Made by a program: the position numbers and the translations under genes | Shown: piece after piece, positions 14,380 to 26,964 of the stretch | Position numbering within the stretch: the first letter of the stretch is position 1 | Layout of the letters: each line of letters opens with the position of its first letter | From: Anthoceros angustus | Taxonomy: Eukaryota > Plantae > Anthocerotophyta | Assembly: GCA_010909165.1 (NCBI GenBank) | Contig: MU008165.1 | Location: 1,302,001 to 1,366,000, forward strand | DNA length: 64,000 nucleotides | Direction of reading: 5' to 3' | Notes under the pieces: generated by a model | Databases searched by the model: none | The model's input: only the letters and a program-made list of their open reading frames with translations | What the model was told of the DNA's origin: nothing

Positions 14380-15134
14380 AATTTCTGCTGTGACGCTCCT
14401 GTCTTGTATGGGCGGGCAGGCCTGCGAGACTCATGATCATCCTGCACGGTCCAACGAGTGGGGTCCAAGTGCAGTTGTTGCCTAAAGAGCCCCTGGCGAC
14501 GATTCTCTCTGGAACGTCCACTTCCATCCACACATAATCGATAGACTGCCTTTGTTGCAAAGGTGCGGTCCTTCCCTCTTTGCCAATGCTTTGTCCCTTG
14601 AAGTCAGGTGAGCGAGAGCTCTACCTGTGAACCCACCACAAGATGGTTCCCGCGACAGGTCCTGTTGTGTCACAATAATAGCGATGCGCGTGCCTCGCGG
14701 GAGCGCGCTACCAACCTAAGCATGGATTGGACTCCGATCAATCCTGGGGACTACCTGGGTACCACTTGTTTCGATGACTTGGGACCAACGTCGAGACCAA
14801 AGTCCAAGTCAGAGACCACTGGTGTTTCTAGCATGCATTGACAGGACCGTGCCATCACCACGAATGCCACCATGCCCAGAATAAGCCAGGGCCGGTGTTA
14901 AGAAGCACGCTCGATTCACCGCCGAGCACGGCAGTCAATCTTCACGGTGACAGGTTATGTATGTAATCTGGTGTTCTGGGCTCGGCTGGCGACGCTTCGA
15001 ACGTGTTCCTGTTAAAGGACTTCGGAGCTGGGCTTGGGGGCCGGGGGAGGAGAGGGCATCTCTTGTATCTCCACGATGGCAGGCCAATTGGCTCTCTCGG
15101 ACGTGGAGTTGGGCTCTGAACGGAACGTGCTGAG

Positions 15135-15200
15135 CTGGGTTCTGGGTTGACAGTTCTGGGTTCTGGGTTCTGGGTTCTGGGTTCTGGGTTGGGGGAGGGG
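15135..15200 (+). repeat. (TTCTGGG)n heptamer plus G-tracts just upstream of the MNS4 ATG
   Basis: gttctgggttctgggttctgggttctgggttctgggttgggggagggg ends 3 nt before the ATG at 15204. Confidence 0.9.
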
Positions 15201-15203
15201 AAC

Positions 15204-18200
15204 ATGGCTATCAAGCTGCGGGCTTGTCCTGCCTTTTGGTTAGTTTTGCTGCTACTGTACTGGGATTGCCTGAGAGCAGTGGGCGGGGCCTGGGTGACGA
15301 AGGAGGAGGCTGTGGAGCTTCGGGATGAGGTCTGTGCGAAGAGATTGATTTTGTGAGGAGAGAGATTTGTGGGAATTCGAGGTGGCTGTTGAGGGAATTT
15401 CAATGCTCTGCGTTGCTTGCAGGTTAAGGGAATGTTTTATCATGCTTTTGACAACTACATGGAGCATGCATATCCTCTGGATGAGCTCAGGCCCATTTCC
15501 TGCTCAGGGCAGGATACGCTCGGGTCTTACTCCTTGACTGTGGTATGATGCGTATCGGGATTTCGGAATTCTTGATTGGTAATGTCGCATAGTATCATGT
15601 TGGTGAGATGATGGTTGTTATGCCAGGTCGACGCTTTGGATATGCTGGCTCTGCTGGGGGATCGGGCAAGGTTTGCTGAAGTTGTGACCGACCTTGGTAG
15701 AAATCTTCGATTTGACAAAGTATGGACAGTTTTTGTGTTGGTTCCATTGTTGTCTTAGCTTGAGATATGGTGGTGTTATTGGTGGCGTGACTGTTTTGAT
15801 CAGAATATAACTGTCTCTGTCTTCGAGACCACCATTCGGGTTCTGGGGGGTCTTCTGTCAGCTCATCTCCTTGCAAGTGATCCTGCCACGGTATGTAGCT
15901 CCATGGGAACATGTTTTTACCTTGTGGAACATTTGGTATAGTGTCGTCTCAAGTACCTCTCAACTTGCTTTGCAGGGAATGTATGTGGGTACGTATGATA
16001 ACGAGTTGCTGCATTTGGCAGAGGACCTTGGTCGCAGGCTTTTACCTGCTTTTGATACCATAACAGGTGATTCATGTCTTCAGGGGTCCATTTCATGCCC
16101 CATGCACTGGTTGTGTAGGCCACTGACCTGCCTGGGCTTGTCAAGCAGACTTGCAGACGGAAGCTTGTATTGATGATCTCGGCCCTCGCCTGTTGCTTGC
16201 AGGAATTCCGTATGGATCTGTCAATCTGCTGTATGGCATTGACAGCAATGAGAGTCAGGCAAGGATGCATCCTGAGTGCAGGATCTGGCCCGTTTTTATT
16301 CGGATTTATGAGCTTTCTGTCAAGCTCCGTGACAAGTGGTTTTGTTAGGCCTCTCATTCTTGTCCATATAGGTGACCTCCACAGCTGGTGGTGGAACATT
16401 GACTCTTGAATTTGGAATCCTTAGCCGCTTAACCGGTGATCCAGGTATGCATTTCTGTCATTGTCCTTTCACCATGGCTCAACTGATTTTCCTCCTTACT
16501 AACTGTCTGACTTACTCTTTGATCCCATGATGCAGTATTTGAGGAAGTTGCGAAGAACTCTGTTCGGGGTCTATGGGCTCAGAGGTCTCGACTTGATCTT
16601 GTAGGAGCACACATCAACGTCTTCACTGGAGAGTGGACCCAAAAGGTCTTGAGATGTCTATGACCAGTCTGCGTGTAATGGTTTTGCAAGTGAGCTTTGT
16701 CTATGACAGTACTGGATCGGTGCATAAGCAGGATGCTGGGATTGGCACGAGCGTGGACTCATTTTACGAGTATCTCCTCAAGGTGCACACCCACTGTTGA
16801 TTCAATAAGCTTCCATCATAAAGACTCAACATGGTGCCATGTGCCCAATAATGTCGGTCGGACCTTGGCAGGCTTATATCTTGTTTGGTGATGAAGAGTA
16901 TCTGTATATGTTCAAGGAAGCATACAGTGCTGTGATGAGCCACCTTCACAATGACCCATGGTGGGTAGGCTGACGGGTTTGTCGGGGCTGAAAGTTTCTT
17001 GTTGTAATGCAGCAAGTTGTGCAAGTTCAGCAACTTGAAGGTCTGCTTTGCTGTATCCTCTAGGTACTTGGAGGTGAACATGAATTCGGGTATCATAGTT
17101 TGGCCGCTCTTCAATAGTTTGCAGGCTTTCTGGCCAGGACTCCAGGTTTGCCCTGATTATATCATAAATGACTGTACATCACTGAACTGCATTCTGGATA
17201 CGTGCATTTAGTGTTCCCACTGTGTCATAAGTTTGAAGCGATGTGCTGTTCTTTGAAGCTTTAACTGTTCCAGGTTTTGGCCGGAGATATCGACCCCTCT
17301 GTACGCACGCACAAAGCCTTCTTTTCTGTGTGGAAACGATATGGATTCACACCAGAGGGGTTCAATCTGGCCTCGTTCAGGGTGCAGGTACTCACTCTAA
17401 TACTGTATGGTTACTTGTCCCTATGAGGTCTCTTAGTGACATTAGAATGGCTTAACATCATTGATTTTCTTTCCCACCTTACATTTCTGTGCAGCCAGGT
17501 CAAAGGAGTTATCCCCTGCGGCCGGAGTTAATGGAGAGTACATATATGTTGTACAAGGCCACTCGAGATCCATGGTTGGCTGGTGTTCCTTGTCTTGAGG
17601 TGGAAGCTATTGCTTCTACTCTCCAGTTCGAGAAATGCTCATGCCATGTTAATTATTGTTGGCAGGTATTTGCATGTTGGAAGGGATATGGTTGCTAGTC
17701 TGCAGTATGGCACTCACTGTGAATGTGGATATTGTCACATCAAAGATGTAGAAACACATGAAAAAGAAGATCGTATGGAGAGTTTCTTCTTGGCTGAGAC
17801 AGTAAGCAGACCACATTCTACCCCATTTCTGCAGTTGTTCAAAGCACTTGTCATCTCTCAGGCTGTTGTTATGTACTCATCGGGAAAGCTATTTCAATGG
17901 ACAGATGAAATATCTGTGGCTTCTTTTTGATCTCGCAGCAGGGGGTGACAACCTTGTGGAGAACGGCCCCTACCCGTAAGCCATACAATGCATCACCTCC
18001 TAGTTTTCACTGGTTGGTCGGTGTGCTGCATTTTAAGATTGGTCTAAGGAACTCTCATGTGTGGCAGGTACATATTCAACACAGAAGGACATCTTCTGCC
18101 TGTGACTCCTGAAATTGCCTTGCCTACTGAGCAGTGTACCTATGTGGGCAGCTCATGCAGTGATCCAAGCTCTGACAAGAAAATCATACTGGGCAACCAG

Positions 18201-18585
18201 TACTCAGAGGAGCAGTTCGAGCAGCTGAAGTTTTCTCCTCTCAAGGTGTCGTTGAACCATACATCAGTTGATTCTTTCAGCGACCATACGGAGCACGATA
18301 CTGATATTCTTGTTGGGGGTGATACCATGGGAACATTCAAGGTGAGAAGTTGCAGTGTTTCACATTCTGAGTGGGATGGCATGGTTGTAAACCCAAGGGT
18401 GTCTTAGCCTTTCCAGTTGGGTTATTGGTCACTTGCAGGGAGTTTGTCCAGGGCTCAGTCTGTGGCAGCGCTTGGGTATGTCTTTCACGTCCGATCCTGC
18501 TCCAGATTTGCAATTTTCGGAGGAGGGGGCTGGTGGATACATTGACCCTCAGATCCTCAACTTGTTTAATGTGGAGGACTTGTAG
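15204..18585 (+). CDS. MNS4: ER class I alpha-mannosidase (GH47, EDEM-like), multi-exon
   Basis: Signal peptide, then exons reading [97 protein letters not shown] and [11 protein letters not shown], ending GVCPGL...NVEDL*. Colinear with recalled Arabidopsis MNS4. Includes one GC-AG intron. Confidence 0.93.
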
Positions 18586-19159
18586 CAATTGCGTCCCATA
18601 AATTGAGAACTTTGCACTGAAGCAATAGATTCAAGAAGTACGACATTTTCACTTAGGACTCTTCTCTCGAGGGTTTAAGGAAGGTTAGGCTTGAGTACCT
18701 AGCTAATTTTAGGGGGGGTTTGATTTATGGCATAGTTAGTGCATAAGATGGAAGCTTTTGAAAGTTGCTTCTAAGTATACATTCTAAGTGGAATGTGTAT
18801 GTGTTTTTCAAGTGCACATCCAATCTTTACAAAATGTTTAAACTTTGTAGAGTTTGATATGTGACTTCAGTTAGTTCTAAGTCAGACGGTTACCTGACTA
18901 TATTTTTTGGAGTTGTTATAAGAATTGATAGGTAATCTGCATATGCTAGGGTAGGCCAAGCAAGGAGCACCAAGATGATAGATTTTTTTCCTTTTTTCAG
19001 AAGGAAGATTTTGAGAGAGGTCAAAAAAAGAAGCTTCAATATTTTATTTTGGATAGATAACTTGTGTTTGAATTTTAAAGATGGAATTTCTAGGCCATTG
19101 TTCATGAGGCATTTGATGATGGTGAAGTAGTTCAAAAAGATTTGTTTCTTCATGGAGAG

Positions 19160-20044
19160 ATGGACAGAGAATGTTGTTGTTCTGGGGCAATGAGGGATCA
19201 GCTTCAGTCACAAACCAACGAGTCCAACAATGGACGACGTCAGGATGAGGATGCACAAGCCGACGCTGTGAACGCATACAACAATAGTAACAATCACACC
19301 TATAGAAGCCACATCCATAATAATAATCAAAGCCAGAATAGCCACACTAATTATCAGAATCATAACGGTGCACATATGCATCCCTACAGGCGATTACGGG
19401 TGGCCATGGCTTCAGGAGGAACCACGAACAATAGTGTTGGAGGGGGCGGGGGAAGCAGCACACCTGGTAACTCAGCCTGTGCAGCATGTCGTGTGTTGCG
19501 ACGAAAATGTACAGCCCAATGCTTATTTGCACCATACTTCCCTCCGGACCAACCTCAAAGATTTGCACATGTTCACAAGGTCTTTGGTGTAGCCAATGTG
19601 ACCAAGATGTTGCACAACTTGCCACCTCCACATAGGGAAGATTGTGTGAATTCATTGGCATATGAAGCTGATGCACGGGTACAGGACCCGGTGTACGGTT
19701 GTGTAGGTGCTATATCAGTATTGCAACAACAAGTGGCACATCTTCAAACTCAACTTTCTATTGCTACCTCAGAAATTTCTCGGCTCCGAGAAACCTTTGT
19801 AATTGCTGCTGCAGCATCTTCATCTCATGCTGCAAATTCAGCTTCCCAAGCTACGGGAATTGGAAATGCGAATACGAATTCAACTGTGACTGCTAATGGT
19901 TCTAGCTTAGGTGGCTGCGGTGGAAGCAACAATGCACTATTGGGACTACCATCAGGGGTACAAAGCAATGGAAATGGCAACTGTCCCCAAAATGGCCCCC
20001 CGGGGACTTTGTTGCTTCAAAATCCGGTAAAAATCTTGTCCTAG
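19160..20044 (+). CDS. Class I LOB-domain (LBD/ASL) transcription factor
   Basis: C-block CAACRVLRRKCTAQCLFAPYFP, GAS block FAHVHKVFGVANVTKML...DPVYGCVGAI and leucine zipper LQQQVAHLQTQL. The first in-frame ATG is at 19160; the C-terminus may be spliced at ~20025. Confidence 0.92.
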   Translation: MDRECCCSGAMRDQLQSQTNESNNGRRQDEDAQADAVNAYNNSNNHTYRSHIHNNNQSQNSHTNYQNHNGAHMHPYRRLRVAMASGGTTNNSVGGGGGSSTPGNSACAACRVLRRKCTAQCLFAPYFPPDQPQRFAHVHKVFGVANVTKMLHNLPPPHREDCVNSLAYEADARVQDPVYGCVGAISVLQQQVAHLQTQLSIATSEISRLRETFVIAAAASSSHAANSASQATGIGNANTNSTVTANGSSLGGCGGSNNALLGLPSGVQSNGNGNCPQNGPPGTLLLQNPVKILS

Positions 20045-21334
20045 TTTGTAGGTGTTCTACAATTGATCCATTTCTTATTTTTCAAGTTTAGTTCAGGAAT
20101 TTTTTTCAATATGTATGATTCTACTAGTTCCCAAATCCAAAGCATTTGGAAGAAAAACTCATGAAGCTCTCAAAACTCACATCATCTTCAGCCTATTTTC
20201 ATTTCACCAACCCCATGTGAAGTATGTCATTAGAGACTCTCATTTTTTTTTCCAAGTCAAAGTGAGAGCTTCATGTCAATCTCATTACTAAATTCATTGT
20301 GAATTTGTATGTTTGAGAAGTGGAAAACAAGACAATAACATATTCTTTCTATAGTTTGGTACCGACAAGAAAAGAGAAACCAAACACATCTGACGAAGTG
20401 TGTACCTTTCTCTATTTTTGATTGATTTAAAATTGAAAGCAAATTTTGCTAATCCAACTATCTATTAATCCAGACTCTATTGAGCCGCAAACTACTACTA
20501 GATCATTGATCATTTATAAATCTAGCTCAGGTAAATAAATCACTATGATAATACTCCATTCAATAATTATGACTGTTTCTTTTAAACCAATGGATACTCT
20601 TGAAACATCCTTTCATAGCTTCAAGCCTAGCTTAGATAAAAAATTCTATGAAGTACCATTGAATACTTTGCATTTTTTTTCTTTGTTCTTTTGATATAAC
20701 CTATTTTTACATGCCATATATTACAGCCAACTACACGTTTATGTTCTACATGATGAGCCCTTTATTATTCTAGGGGAGTTGGGATGAACCTATCTAACTT
20801 AAAGCAGCCCGAGGGAGGCATAAGGGTGGTTTTCATCTTATGTAGTTTGATGATCGCATAATCCTTTTTGAACCCAACAAACAACCTCTCCATAAATTTT
20901 AAATATAATATCTATTTATAACCTAAGTTGACTCATATAATTTTTTTTCTATTGGTTTTCAAGCATTGAGCTATTTTTAAATAGAAAAGAAATTATATTA
21001 ATATACCTATTATGGAAAAAAGTAGTCTGATAAAAAGTCTGATCTTGCTCTTCCAATGATCATCAATATAGGCGTATTAGTGTTTTTGAATAGGTAATAA
21101 GACGTTATTAAATTTGATATGAATACCGTCGCCGTCGTTCTTAAACTCCGTGACGTACTATGGCAAAAGCACTGAACAAAAAACATTCATTCAAGCAAAT
21201 CAAGCGGTAGTCCCGCGTTAGGGATGTACAATAGTGCCTTAGCAGCCAAAACGCCCTAGAAGCAGGGGCACCATGGACGTGAGACGCAATTTCGGCTGAA
21301 TTCGGCCCGAAACGCTCAATTGCAAGCGGGGATC

Positions 21335-23233
21335 ATGCAGGCAGCCGGGCGTCAAGCCTGGGCTCTGCGCCGGCAACTATGCTCACCTGTCACGTCTGCG
21401 TATTTGTGCAGAGCGATTTCTGGCTCTGCCACCGCCTCGATCTCGTCCGCAGCGGAGACCGATGTTCCCTCTGAGACCGAAGGCGCCTCCCAGGGCGGAG
21501 CAAGTGAGAAGCGTCCGGGCGGCCTCCTTGGATTGCTCAAAACTGGCCTCCTTCTATCCCTCACTGGAGCCCTAGTAGGGACGGGCTATGTGACTTACGG
21601 TGAGTGTGTCATTGCGCCGGGTTTGATTGTTCTGGCTGGCAGTGATTCTCGCTGATCTCTGTTTGGATGCGCAGCCTACAGCGCGGAGGAGCTGGAAAAC
21701 AAGCTGTCTAAGCTACGCGGTTCCTTGAACGTTAAATCTGCACCCGAGGATGGCCTGCTGAACAGAGTGCAAAATTCGCTCTACACAGTTTCTTTGGATG
21801 TCGTGGTCGGGGCGGCTGACGCGTATTTGGATGTTAGGAAATCGCTGGAGGAGCAAGTCAAAGTAAAGCGCTCACCGATTCGCTTGTGCAGATTGGCAAG
21901 ATGAATTAGCCGTTAGGTTATTACCGGGAATGTGCTGCAGCTTGCAAATTTTCACGGTCGTGATGTGATGCCTGCAGGGATTCGCAGCACCTTCTTCAGA
22001 CAAGTTGCTGCCGGATCTGCATCCAAATGAACAGCATGTGATGACTCTTGTGTTGGATCTGAATGAGACGCTGGTCTACTCGGACTGGAAGGTATGTGAA
22101 GTCGAATCTGAAGTTGAACTCGCTATCAGAGGTTCGGCCAGTGTGTCTGTTGCTGTTTACTCTAACTGTTAAGACGTATTGCAGAGAGACCGTGGCTGGC
22201 GGACTTTCAAAAGGCCTGGAGTGGAAGATTTTCTGGAGCAGTTAGCGCAATATTACGAACTTGTCATCTACTCTGATCAACTTGTGCCTGTAAGCATGCT
22301 GTGTTGTCGTTTGTGTGCACTGTGGGGAATGTTTGGAACTCTGACCAGCAGAGCGGGAAGGATAGTAGGAGGACCAAGTTGGACCGATTGAGACACCATG
22401 TCTGATTATTTGATAATCTGCGTTTATGTAAGTATTAACAACTTGTCGCACCTTGGCAGTATGTAGACCCCATTCTAAATCAGCTCGATCAGAAGGGGTG
22501 CGTGCGCTATAGGCTGTACCGGGATGCCACACAATACATACATGGAAAACACTTTCGAGTAAGATTTGTTTTTAACTTAACGCTGTGCGATATTGATTGG
22601 TGTTGCGTGTGGAACTATGTTTTGATATCCAGGGCTGGAAGTACCGAGGGCAGCACTTAATAAACCTCACTTGCATGTTTTCAGGACCTTTCAAAGCTGA
22701 ACAGAGATCCTTCCCGAGTGCTCTACTTAAGTGGTCATGCTATGGAATCATGCCTGCAGCCTGAGAATTCTTTGCCAATCAAACCATGGACGCTAGAGCC
22801 AGATGATACCTGCCTGCTAGACCTTCTACCATTTCTTGAGTGTGAGTTATCTATCCGAATAGGGGTAGGCGGAGGAGAGTTTGAAAGTAGGAATATCTTC
22901 GAAGATCTTGCTTTCTACACTGCTCTCTGATGACCATAATCACACTTTCTGACCTTGGCAGTTGTAGCCCGACAAAGACCCACTGATATTCGGCCTGTAC
23001 TGGCCCATTATCAAGGCAGGGATGTCGCTGCTGAATTTCGGGAGCGGACGAAGGAGTACCAGAGGTAGTGCCTTCTTGATGTCAAAAAACCTTCCGCTGT
23101 CAAAGTGTCACTTGCTCCTCTGTTTTTGTGGAAGTCATTCATTGAACTTTTTGGCAACCACAGGAAAATGCAGGAGCGGAAACAGCAAAGTCGCCTGTGG
23201 AGAGGGTCGATTGCCCGATCAGGTCAGCAATAA
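21335..23233 (+). CDS. TIM50: Mitochondrial inner-membrane translocase subunit TIM50
   Basis: Presequence and TM segment (GLLLSLTGALVGTGYVTY), then a NIF/FCP1-like domain: [64 protein letters not shown]. Exons splice in frame to a stop at 23233. Confidence 0.93.
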
Positions 23234-23859
23234 CATCTGGGTGTGGTCACTTGTGGATACTTTTGTCTTCCCGGCGGTCAGCTTGAATCGAAGTTCGGAG
23301 CTACGGGCAAAGCGCTCTCCGGGAGCGGAGACCAAAGCTTGTAACAGTCACTGGCGACACGAAATTGCAGTCCGAGGTTAGATAAACTCCCGGCTCCACC
23401 TTGAATGCTGGGGCAACTAAAGCAGTGCTTCTAGGTGGGCTTGCGCTCTAATATTTGAGTGTGAAGGCATGTAAGGAGGAAGGGCTCTTCCGAACATTAC
23501 ACCGTCAGAGTGAAACATACAATTTTGGCTTGTATGTACCTGGACAAGTAGATGTTTGTTCTAGCTTGCAACGTACGGAACCTAAGAGAAAGATCAGACA
23601 TGAAGATATGTGTCCTGAATAGGGAGACCTAATCGACCTGAAATCACGCACCTATTGCGCACAAAAGATGCAATTGTAGGTAAGTAGAGAGATGATGCTA
23701 CGAATTGAAACGCAAGCAGCACCTTAACACAGACCGTCTGTTCAGGTGGCAACGCAATCGCTGCGTCTTGCGGCTTTCAGGCGCCAGCAGTCCTCTTCAG
23801 CAATATCCGCTCCCGTACCAGGATATCCCACTTTCCGATAGGAGATCTGGATGATGCAA

Positions 23860-24540
23860 GCTCGAGTCACACCAGATGAAACAGAAACCCTAGTCGTGAA
23901 ATCCTCCGCTACCATATGACAGCTAAAGCATCACGACTTGACGCTACCACCCCTTGTAGCGTCTCTCACGTGAAGCACACCTAAATTTGTTGATCTGGAT
24001 AGTCAGAAATTGCAACTGAGAAGCCTTTGGAGGCAAGGCAATTCTCTACCACCGAGCACTTCAAGCATCAAGCCGCTTCAGCGCTGCAACTTCCAGGGCC
24101 AATTACAGTGCACTACACAAGAGCAGTGCAGAACCTTTGATTCAGCAAGCTTCCCTTGCAGAAGGGCGGCAGCTGGTGCTCTTGGTGCGGAACTGGCTTC
24201 TGAATCCTTTTTGTCTCTGAAGGAGATCCAGCCAGTGGTGCAAGAGGGTCGGCGGTCGCAACCGAAGCCGGTTCTGTGGCAGGAAGGGGATCCGGAGGAG
24301 GAACTGGTTCTGATGCCAGAGCTGGAGCTGAAGCTGGGCTGCTTCTTCAGCAGGAGCTGGAACTGTTATGATGCAGGTTGTTAAGGCGTAATAGGTTGTT
24401 CGAGCTCAGCGTCAGCCTTCGGTGGTGGGGAATTCAGCAGCCTATTTCATATTTGTGGTCTAGTTTCGGTGCTGGACTCGGCGAGTCTCAGAACCGGAAG
24501 ACAAGTGACAGAGGATATCAGTATTATTCATCTTGGCATC
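23860..24540 (-). pseudogene. Decayed copy of UBP intron 1 end, exon 2 (MYND end plus Pro/Ala-rich linker) and following intron
   Basis: The minus strand aligns by eye with 32100-31190: tctgag.ct.gcc.a..cagcac, accgaagg..ga.g, ggaagcttgc..aa.c.aag(g)tgcactgctcttgt, ctgactatccagat, aaggggtggt, gtca.gtcgtgat.cttt.gctgtca and tagggtttctg. It contains stops and the splice acceptor is lost. Confidence 0.75.
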
Positions 24541-24585
24541 CAGTCTGCGGTGTCCGGTCGTTTGACCTAGGGGTGGTTGTGCAAG

Positions 24586-26298
24586 ATGAGGTTGTCATTC
24601 CTCGGATGTTGCGCATGATTGTGGATTTGATGGTTGTTCATGCTTTTTTCTGACCGTGGCAAATAGCTGATTTGCTCTGGAGCTCTTGCTGCTACAGAAT
24701 GCTCATCCAGCTTTTGTGCTTTTGCAGCCGAGTCCTGTGTAAGTATTTCCTTCATGGCGCATGCCTGAAGGGGGATATGTGCGAGTACTCCCATGATTGG
24801 AAGGATCAAACAAATGAAGTGAGTATGTTCGTGCAGGCTGTTTGCGGGAATCGGCGGATTGTGTGTATTCACACTTGGGGAATGTCTTTGCTCTGCAGAT
24901 TTGTACTTACTATTTGAAAGGGACTTGCGCTTATGGAGACCGATGTAGATATCAGCATGTGAGAAGAGTAAACAAGGCTGCTCCTCTTACCCTGCCTTCA
25001 CGACCCCGAACTTTGCAGTCAGCAGGAAGTTCTGCTGGTGCCGCTGTGGGTGCAGACAGAACCTCAAATGAATTGACACGGGTTCAGCCTCTTGCAGCAC
25101 AAGCGACAACTGATCCCTGGCAAAGGGTGCATGATAACTTCCAACCGCTAGCGCTCGATGACGAAGATGAATGGGGCAAAGATTGGGGAAAGGATGTCTT
25201 TAGCTGTAACGAGAATGAGCCCCTTTGCTCTCTGGCAGTTACTGAGAATTGCCCTCTGGGTGACGCATGCAATCGTCCACATGGAGAGAAATGTCCGTTT
25301 TGCGGGAAGTATTGTCTCCATCCGTTCAATGTGCTTGAGCGAGAGGGGCATTTGAAAGTTTGTGAGCGAAATCAGAAGAAGTTGGAAGCACTTTGCAAGA
25401 GCAAAGACGTTGAATGTGGTGTTTGTCTGGAGAAAGTTCTGTCGAAACCCTCTCCAGCCGAGCGTAGATTTGGGCTGATGTCTGGATGTGATCATTCATT
25501 CTGTATGGCTTGTATACGGGGATGGAGGAGCAGTTCGAATCCTGTGATCAAGGGATTGAACAGCCTCGTTCGGTCATGCCCTATCTGCCGCTTGCCCTCT
25601 CATTTTATCATCCCCAGTATTATCTGGTACTTCAGTCCGGAAGAGAAGGATGAAATTGTGTCCAACTACAGAAAAAGGCTCAGGTATGGCACTGTTGGAC
25701 AATTCTACAGGATCTCAAGTTGCTTGTTGTTTGATCCTTGACGTGCTGACTGGCATGTGTGTTACCTACTTTGCAGTGAAATTGATTGCAAGCACTTTGA
25801 CTTTGGCAACCAGACCTGTCCCTTTGGTACAAGTTGCTTTTATAAGGTTAGAAGCCGCTCCTCAACCTAAACACACTGAATGTGCACTGCACCTCAAAGA
25901 TGCACATTCTGTGTGCGCTTTGCAGCTTGTCGCGACCCAGTGTTAGTGTTGATAGTCAGCCTCGTCATACTGCTACCTACAATAAGACTGGACCATAGCG
26001 CCAAGCTTGAAGGAGCCTTTGGTTTCTGGCAATTGATCAATTTTGTTCATTGTGGGACAGCATGCCTACAAGGACGGCCGGAAGGAAGAAGTGAAGCTGC
26101 GACATCTTGGGGCAGCGGATGGCGGCACAGTTATAGCAAAGGACGTCAGGTCAGTCAAATTGATGCTACTGACTTTGTCTTGGTTTCTCGCTCGTACCTG
26201 CTGCATGTTACTGAGACCGCGTTTTGTTCGCCTTTGTTCGGGTGGCTCTGTTTAGACTCTCGGACTTTTTGGGCGCTCTTGACCTAGGACGCGGGTGA
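24586..26298 (+). CDS. MKRN: Makorin-type CCCH/RING E3 ubiquitin ligase
   Basis: ATG AG|intron|C gives [25 protein letters not shown]. Further CCCH fingers, a C3HC4 RING ([38 protein letters not shown]...CPICR), [20 protein letters not shown] and [17 protein letters not shown] follow, ending [13 protein letters not shown]. Confidence 0.93.
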
Positions 26299-26964
26299 CA
26301 GAAGATGTTGGTGAAAGTACACGTCTTCCGTCTCCCTTAACAAATGAATGAGCAAAATACGTTCCTTTTTTGACCACTTTGTGAAGTCTTGTACACATTC
26401 AGTTATCCTGAAGTCTAATTGAATGCGGATCTTTGAAACACATGCAGGAGGTGCTTTCTTCGTCACTTGCAAACGTTTGCAACAGAGTTCAAGGCTAGAC
26501 ACAGACTTCTCGTCAGTTTGTTCTTGCTCTCTTCAGGTGATGCCAAGTTGCAGTCAGCAGGCCGTGCATCGTGGATAGTCGTTAAACTTGTCGTCGATTG
26601 ACGTCGATTTCCCGTTTGCAGGATGCTTCAGAGGTGCGGAAGACGACGAACACTTGGAAGCAAATAAAGTACTTTTTGTTATCGTTTTACTAGCCTCACC
26701 GGGGTCTCACAAGTTGGGGGACATGTCATGATGGCCGAACCATAAATTGGGGGACACTTTTTGCTAGCCGGACGATGGATGCCGCAGGAATCTATGTCCC
26801 TTTTGCTCTCATTAATTTTGGATGTAGTGAGTTTAAATCTCCCATAATGCTGGGAACCTACTTGACCGAGAATCTACACAATTCGCAATAACGCATTCAC
26901 AACTTTCCCAATTCCAGAAAAAATGTAGGTTGGACGAGACGCAAAGCTGCTGGTCACGGGGGCA

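Noticed and set aside
24010-24384. Separate plus-strand gene or makorin N-terminal extension
   Set aside because: It is better explained as the reverse complement of the decayed UBP copy; makorin starts at 24586 with a 5-nt coding first exon.
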